NCBI RefSeq assembly: GCF_044374345.1
Contig: NZ_JBILOS010000001.1
Location: 1-62,755, forward strand
From: Sphingorhabdus sp.
GTDB taxonomy: Bacteria; Pseudomonadota; Alphaproteobacteria; Sphingomonadales; Sphingomonadaceae
Direction: 5' to 3'
DNA length: 62,755 nucleotides
This document shows positions 57,314-62,755 of this stretch, one piece after another; the stretch's first letter is position 1; each line of letters starts with the position of its first letter. A model generated the notes under the pieces. It did not search any database and was not told where the DNA came from. It worked only from the letters and a program-made list of their open reading frames with translations. The position numbers and the translations under genes were made by a program.

Positions 57314-60300
57314 ATGCATATCGCCGAAATCGCCATCCGCCGGTGGCAATTAACCTTAGTCCTTTTTACGCTGCTGTGCGCGCTTGGATTCTCCGCATTC
57401 CAACAGGTGCCGCGCGCGGTTGATCCGCATTTTTCGATGCCTGTCGTGTCGATCGTTGCCGCGCAACCGGGAGCGGACGCAGCGGAGATTGAGCAGACGA
57501 TTACCAAGCCAATCGAAGAATTGGTTCAGGGCCTAGAAGACGTTCAAAGCGTAAATTCGACAAGCAGCGATGGCAACGCCGTCATTCGGGCGGAATTTGA
57601 TTGGTCGGGCGACCCTGACCAATATTTCAATGACACCGTCCGCGAAGTGACGGCCATCCGCAGCCAACTTCCGGCTGATCTGCAAAAGCTGCAGTTCGAG
57701 AAAATTCGAACGACGAATTCATCCATTTTGCAAATCGCGTTGCTGAGCGAGACGGCCAGTTGGTACCGCATGGAAAAATATGCGCGGGATATCAGCGAAG
57801 CACTTGGGCGTTACAAAGAAGTCCGGCAGTCCGAAATTTATGGGCTGCCTCAACCCGAAATAACCGTCGCCATCAACTCGGGACGTTTGGCTGAGCTTCG
57901 CATTCCCGCAAGCGCCGTGGTTGACGCAATCCGTCTTGCTGGCGCCGATGTTCCTGCAGGTGCCGTCACCAGCGGCGCACGCCGTTTTAACATCGAAGCA
58001 GGGGGCGCGTTTCGCGACCTTGATCGCATACGCAATTTGCCCGTCCGGACCAATGATGGCACCTTATTGCGCGTCGACGATGTTGCAGACATTAAAATGG
58101 GATCGGCCGAACAGCGCGTAAAGGTCAGCCATAATGGCCAACGCGGGGTATTCATTACGGCCAACCAAAAACAGGGCACAGACGCGACAAAGCTTCGCAA
58201 CCGGTTAATCCAAGAGCTTGAGATTCAAAAGAAGCTGCTTCCGCCCGATATAAAGGCAGTCGTGCAGTTTGATCAAAGCCGCGATATTCGCAAGCGTCTT
58301 CAGGAACTTGCCCGCGACTTTATCCTTGCGCTGTTTTTGGTGCTGATCACGCTGCTGCCATTGGGCTGGCGCGCGTCGGTGATTGTGATGATATCGATCC
58401 CGCTGTCGGTTGCCTCGGGATTGCTGGCGATTTCGGCATATGGATTTAACCTTAGCCAGCTTGTGGTCGCGGGTTTTATTCTGACGCTTGGCTTGTTGGT
58501 GGATGACTCGATTGTCGTTGTCGAAAATATCGCGCGACATTTGCGGATGGGCAAAGGCCGGAACCAAGCGGCCATTGATGGCACCAAAGAAATCACCATG
58601 GCGGTCTTGGGTTCAACAGGCGTTTTGGTGTTTGCCTTCCTTCCGCTGTTCTTTTTGCCGGAGGGGGCGGGTAAATTCACGCAAAGCTTTATCGCGACAA
58701 TCGTGTCGACGATTACCGCCTCGATGATCGTATCGCTTACTATTGTGCCGTTCCTGGCCAGTCGTATCTTGAAGCGCGATGATCATGAAGGCGGCAATCC
58801 GTTACTTCAGTGGCTGATGCTTAAGATTGACAGATTTTATCATCCGATGCTGCATTGGGCGCTGGATAGACCGCGACGGTCGGTGTGGGGCGCCCTTTCG
58901 GTCACTTGTGCGGCATTTCTCTTCATCCCATTGCTCGGTTTCAGCCTGTTTCCAAATGCGGACACATCCTATTTCCGCGTCACGGTGGAGGCGGAACAAG
59001 GTGCTAGCATTGCAGAAACCGGTCGCATCGTTCGGCAAGTTTCGGAGATTTTGAAGACCGAGCCCGCGATTAAAGTCCGGGCCGAAAATGTCGGCGCATA
59101 TAATCCGCCTGTCTTTTACAATGTTTTCCAACGCGGCGAAAACCCGACCCATGGCGAAGTATTGGCTATCATGGACAATTGGGAGGGATCCAAATCCCGC
59201 GCAATGGTCGACCGGCTGCGTAAGAAATTCGACGAGATATCTGGCGCGCGTATCAAGTTGGTATTGTTCCAAAACGGAGCGCCGATAAACGCGCCTGTGG
59301 AATTCCGGGTATATGGGCCCGACCAAGACGAGCTGAAACGTGTCGCGGCCAAAATGGAGTTGGCGCTGCGTGAAACCCCCGGGGCACGAGACATTAACAA
59401 CCCAGTCGCCTTTGACCGCATTGACCTTGATATCCGGGTCGATGACGCAAAAGCGGCCCTGCTTGAGGTGCCCGCAGGCGCCGCGCGCCGCGCGGTCCGA
59501 CTGGCCATCAGCGGTGAACGTGCCGGCACATTTAGGGACGAGGAGGGCGACAGCTATCCCATCATTGTGCGGCACCCCCTTATCGATACCCAGCCCATAT
59601 CGGCGCTGGAATCCATCTATGTGTCCAACCGAAGCGGGCAGGCGGTTTCGTTGGCGGAAATTTCCAATCCGACCTTGGAATCCACACCGGCTGCAATCTA
59701 CCGCTATAATCTGCAACGTAATGTCAGCGTCACGGCGCAGGTGTCCGACGGTGCGGTGATTTCAAAGGTGAACTTGGACGCGCAGAAGAAGATGGATGCC
59801 ATTCCCCTTAAGCCGGGATACAGCATAGCGGTCGGCGGTGAAGCCGAAAAAATCAACGAAACATTCGCCGGTTTTGGCCCGGTTGTCATCGTTGCCCTAT
59901 TTAGCATCTTCGCCATTCTAGTGGCTGAATTTGGCCGGTTTAAAGAGGCATTGGTTGTCGCTGGCGTCATCCCATTGGGTACGTTCGGTGGCCTCATCGC
60001 GCTCCTTGTTACCGGCAACAATCTATCGTTCTTGGCCGTCATTGGTTTTATTGCGCTCATCGGCATCGAAATCAAAAATTCGATCTTGCTTGTTGATTTC
60101 ACCAGCCAGTTGCGTGCCAGCGGCTATGCGCTGCGTGAGGCGATTGAAAAGGCGGGAGAGGTGCGTTTCCTTCCGGTGCTGCTGACATCGGTAACGGCGA
60201 TTGGCGGACTTATGCCACTCGCGCTTTTTGGCGGTAGTTTGTACGGGCCACTGGCGATTGTATTGATCGGGGGGTTGATTTCTTCGACTGTGCTATCACG

Positions 60301-60376
60301 TATCGTCACACCCGCCATGTATCTTCTTGTGGTGCGCGGGGATGTCGCGAAGGCGCCGGACTCCACTCAAGCTTAA
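57314..60376 (+). CDS. RND efflux permease
   Basis: PGADA.EIEQ.ITKPIEE, GLLVDDSIVVVENI, GIEIKNSILLVDF, RFLPVLLTS. Confidence 0.93.
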   Translation: MHIAEIAIRRWQLTLVLFTLLCALGFSAFQQVPRAVDPHFSMPVVSIVAAQPGADAAEIEQTITKPIEELVQGLEDVQSVNSTSSDGNAVIRAEFDWSGDPDQYFNDTVREVTAIRSQLPADLQKLQFEKIRTTNSSILQIALLSETASWYRMEKYARDISEALGRYKEVRQSEIYGLPQPEITVAINSGRLAELRIPASAVVDAIRLAGADVPAGAVTSGARRFNIEAGGAFRDLDRIRNLPVRTNDGTLLRVDDVADIKMGSAEQRVKVSHNGQRGVFITANQKQGTDATKLRNRLIQELEIQKKLLPPDIKAVVQFDQSRDIRKRLQELARDFILALFLVLITLLPLGWRASVIVMISIPLSVASGLLAISAYGFNLSQLVVAGFILTLGLLVDDSIVVVENIARHLRMGKGRNQAAIDGTKEITMAVLGSTGVLVFAFLPLFFLPEGAGKFTQSFIATIVSTITASMIVSLTIVPFLASRILKRDDHEGGNPLLQWLMLKIDRFYHPMLHWALDRPRRSVWGALSVTCAAFLFIPLLGFSLFPNADTSYFRVTVEAEQGASIAETGRIVRQVSEILKTEPAIKVRAENVGAYNPPVFYNVFQRGENPTHGEVLAIMDNWEGSKSRAMVDRLRKKFDEISGARIKLVLFQNGAPINAPVEFRVYGPDQDELKRVAAKMELALRETPGARDINNPVAFDRIDLDIRVDDAKAALLEVPAGAARRAVRLAISGERAGTFRDEEGDSYPIIVRHPLIDTQPISALESIYVSNRSGQAVSLAEISNPTLESTPAAIYRYNLQRNVSVTAQVSDGAVISKVNLDAQKKMDAIPLKPGYSIAVGGEAEKINETFAGFGPVVIVALFSIFAILVAEFGRFKEALVVAGVIPLGTFGGLIALLVTGNNLSFLAVIGFIALIGIEIKNSILLVDFTSQLRASGYALREAIEKAGEVRFLPVLLTSVTAIGGLMPLALFGGSLYGPLAIVLIGGLISSTVLSRIVTPAMYLLVVRGDVAKAPDSTQA

Positions 60377-60386
60377 GGATAAGCAC

Positions 60387-60926
60387 ATGTCACATGATGA
60401 AGCGATTTTCGCCGGCGGTTGTTTCTGGTGCACCGAAGCTGTTTTTGGCCAGCTGAATGGCGTGCATAGCGTGCAAAGCGGATATATTGGCGGGGCGACG
60501 GTTGATCCCACATATAAAGAGGTTTGCGGCGGTCAAACCGGGCATGCAGAAGCCATCCGCATTGCCTTTGATGCCGAAGTCATCAGCTACGCCGATTTGC
60601 TGGAGATATTTTTTGCAACGCACGATCCGACGCAGTTAAACCGTCAGGGCAATGACGTCGGGACGCAATATCGCTCGGCAATTTTCCCGTTGAACGATGA
60701 TCAACGTGCGACCGCTGAAGCAGGCATTGCGAAAGCCGCAGCGGATTGGCCAGCGCCTATTGTCACCGCGATTGAAGGCCCTGCGACTTGGTATCCTGCA
60801 GAAGATTATCATCAGGAATATTGGGAGGGGGAAGGTCAGCGGAACGCATATTGCCTGGCCGTCATTCCACCCAAGTTGGCAAAGCTGAAAAAGGGATTTG
60901 CCCAACGGCTCGCCGACTCCGCATAG
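60387..60926 (+). CDS. msrA: Peptide-methionine (S)-S-oxide reductase
   Basis: GGCFWC, TGHAE, HDPTQLNRQGND.GTQYRS, AEDYHQ. Confidence 0.97.
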   Translation: MSHDEAIFAGGCFWCTEAVFGQLNGVHSVQSGYIGGATVDPTYKEVCGGQTGHAEAIRIAFDAEVISYADLLEIFFATHDPTQLNRQGNDVGTQYRSAIFPLNDDQRATAEAGIAKAAADWPAPIVTAIEGPATWYPAEDYHQEYWEGEGQRNAYCLAVIPPKLAKLKKGFAQRLADSA

Positions 60927-60957
60927 ACAATGCAGATTGGCGCGTTAAGTATAGATC

Positions 60958-61827
60958 ATGACACATAAACCTGTTCGAAAAGCCATATTCCCGGTCGCGG
61001 GTCTCGGCACCCGCTTTTTGCCAGCGACAAAGGCCATTCCGAAAGAAATGCTGCCCATCGTCGACAGTCCGCTCATCCAATATGCGGTCGATGAGGCGCG
61101 GGAAGCGGGTATCGAGCAGATGATATTCGTGACGGGTCGCTGTAAGAGCGCAATTGAAGACCATTTCGATATCGCGTTCGAACTTGAGCATACAATGTTG
61201 GCGCGTGGCAAAGACACGTCGGTGTTGGCGAGTTCACGCCTGACGCCCGGCAACTGCGTGTATGTTCGGCAGCAGGAACCACTGGGACTTGGGCACGCCA
61301 TCTGGTGCGCGCGCGACATCATTGGTGATGAGCCCTTCGCCATATTCCTTCCCGATGAATTTATGCATGGCTCGCCGGGATGTATGAAGCAGATGGTCGA
61401 CGCCTATCAGAACATTGGCGGCAATGTTATCAGCGTGCTTGAAGTGCCCCGGCAAGCGGTATCCAGCTACGGCGTCATTGCACCCGGCGAGTCACGCGGC
61501 GCGATTACCGAGGTGCTTGGGCTTGTTGAAAAGCCAAAGGTTGAGGAGGCACCATCGAACCTGATCGTTTCGGGGCGCTACATCCTTCAGCCCGAAGTGA
61601 TGGATATTCTGGAAGGCCAAGAAAAAGGCGCTGGCGGCGAGATCCAGTTGACCGACGCCATGGCGCAAATGCTCGGCAAGCAACCTTTCCATGCCGTCAC
61701 ATTTGACGGAAATCGTTACGACTGCGGATCAAAAGTAGGTTACATTGAAGCCAACTTGGCTGTAGCGTTGCAAAGAGCTGATATGGCAGACGAAGTTCGC
61801 GCCATTGCGGTCAATTTGTTAAAATAG
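60958..61827 (+). CDS. galU: UTP--glucose-1-phosphate uridylyltransferase
   Basis: PVAGLGTRFLPATKAIPKEM, RQQEPLGLGHA, VEKP, GEIQLTDA. Confidence 0.96.
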   Translation: MTHKPVRKAIFPVAGLGTRFLPATKAIPKEMLPIVDSPLIQYAVDEAREAGIEQMIFVTGRCKSAIEDHFDIAFELEHTMLARGKDTSVLASSRLTPGNCVYVRQQEPLGLGHAIWCARDIIGDEPFAIFLPDEFMHGSPGCMKQMVDAYQNIGGNVISVLEVPRQAVSSYGVIAPGESRGAITEVLGLVEKPKVEEAPSNLIVSGRYILQPEVMDILEGQEKGAGGEIQLTDAMAQMLGKQPFHAVTFDGNRYDCGSKVGYIEANLAVALQRADMADEVRAIAVNLLK

Positions 61828-61858
61828 GCTTGTTGCTCGAGATGTTGGGGGTTTCGAA

Positions 61859-62164
61859 ATGCGTTTGATTGTTTGTGCTTTGCTGTGTGTGCTCCTCCAA
61901 GGATGCGTTGCTTCGATCGTGTCCAATGTTACGAACGCACCGATGAAAGCCGTTTCAAAGACGTTAGATGTTTTTACGACCAGTCAATCGGAAGCTGATG
62001 AAAAACGCGGCCGTGAAATGCGTAAACGCGACGAAGCTCTTGGTAAGCTCAGCCGTAAACGTGCCAAGGAGAATAAACGCTGTGCCGACGGTGATCGAGG
62101 CGCCTGCAAAAAGGCAGCGGACCTGAGCGAACAGATTGAGCGGGAAAAGAATCGCGCACGGTAA
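61859..62164 (+). CDS. Hypothetical lipoprotein
   Basis: Lipobox LQGC; TTSQSEADEKRGRE..., CxxGDxxAC. Confidence 0.75.
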   Translation: MRLIVCALLCVLLQGCVASIVSNVTNAPMKAVSKTLDVFTTSQSEADEKRGREMRKRDEALGKLSRKRAKENKRCADGDRGACKKAADLSEQIEREKNRAR

Positions 62165-62341
62165 ACGCGTTTGTCTGCCAACCGGTAATGGCTGTCGACC
62201 AACGGCCAATTTGCATCAAAATTGCAACTCGTCGATTTCTAAGCTTTTTGGTCGAACGCAGCTTTCGCCCAAGGCCTGCCGTCCGTTAACGCACCGGCAT
62301 AGACCGATGGGGAAGATGCCCGCGGGTCTCGTGGAGGGTTA

Positions 62342-62755
62342 ATGCGCGTTTTTGAACTCCGTCTGGCACTGTTGACGTCGGCTATGGCTGCGATGGCTGT
62401 ACCGTCTCAAGCTGTTGCCAATGACAGCGCCGCAAATGCCGAGGCATCTTCAGTTCGGGCCGGCAGTCGGCAATTCACACCCGATTTTTTCACAACTTAC
62501 GCCCCCGTTACTGCGTTGGATATGGTGAATCGCATCCCGGGATTTTCCATTAGTGAAGGAGAAGGGCGTCGTGGCTTTGGCGAAAATGCCGGTAATGTTC
62601 TGATCGATGGAGATCGGCCATCCACAAAATCCGATGACATATGGACGATGCTGTCCCGGATTCCGGCAAGTCAGGTCGAATATATTGAGCTGTCTGAGCA
62701 GGCCGGCGCTGACACCGAAACCCAAGGGCAAGGACAAGTCGTCAACATCGTCCGT
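62342..62755 (+). CDS. TonB-dependent receptor, N-terminal plug (runs off the window)
   Basis: ggagg RBS; MRVFELRLALL signal; FTPDFF..YAPVTALDMVNRIPGF...RGFG..AGNVLIDG.RP..K...LSRIPA.QVEYIEL...VVNIV. Missing from the ORF track because it has no stop in the window. Confidence 0.88.
   Translation, partial: MRVFELRLALLTSAMAAMAVPSQAVANDSAANAEASSVRAGSRQFTPDFFTTYAPVTALDMVNRIPGFSISEGEGRRGFGENAGNVLIDGDRPSTKSDDIWTMLSRIPASQVEYIELSEQAGADTETQGQGQVVNIVR

Noticed and set aside
56255-60376. RND pump lacking an outer-membrane factor as a novelty
   Set aside because: Use of an unlinked TolC-type channel is common.
62450-62737. 95-aa minus-strand ORF
   Set aside because: Shadow of the plus-strand TonB-dependent receptor that runs off the window end.

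Overview
Chromosomal window from a sphingomonad-type alphaproteobacterium (Sphingorhabdus-like, judged by gene content and style; inference only). About 60 kb is core or housekeeping DNA: cspA, pepB-NlpC/P60-argC, map, M16 protease, hslVU, galE, cpaF, polA, pheA, cytochrome c, serC-serA-hisZ-purA, large NAD-GDH with gltP, a LytS/LytTR pair, tadA, rpmB, putA, sua5, an RND pump, msrA, galU and the start of a TonB-dependent receptor. The first ~2.2 kb is the right edge of an AT-richer accessory region. It holds a partial DUF5677-like gene, REP-like and palindromic motifs, an IS3 right-end remnant and a GNAT gene bracketed by a 20-bp direct repeat. It ends in an orphan small-terminase-like HTH gene carrying inverted 9-bp iterons at its 3' end, which is the best candidate for an undescribed system. 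Other points: a glycine-zipper gene interrupted by an in-frame TAG, a 42-aa Lys-rich protein missed by the ORF track, a serC-leader-like RNA, two REP-like palindromic elements, a perfect 17-bp tandem duplication, and a recurring leaderless promoter layout. No rRNA, tRNA or CRISPR array was seen. All family calls come from motif recognition by eye, not from database searches.
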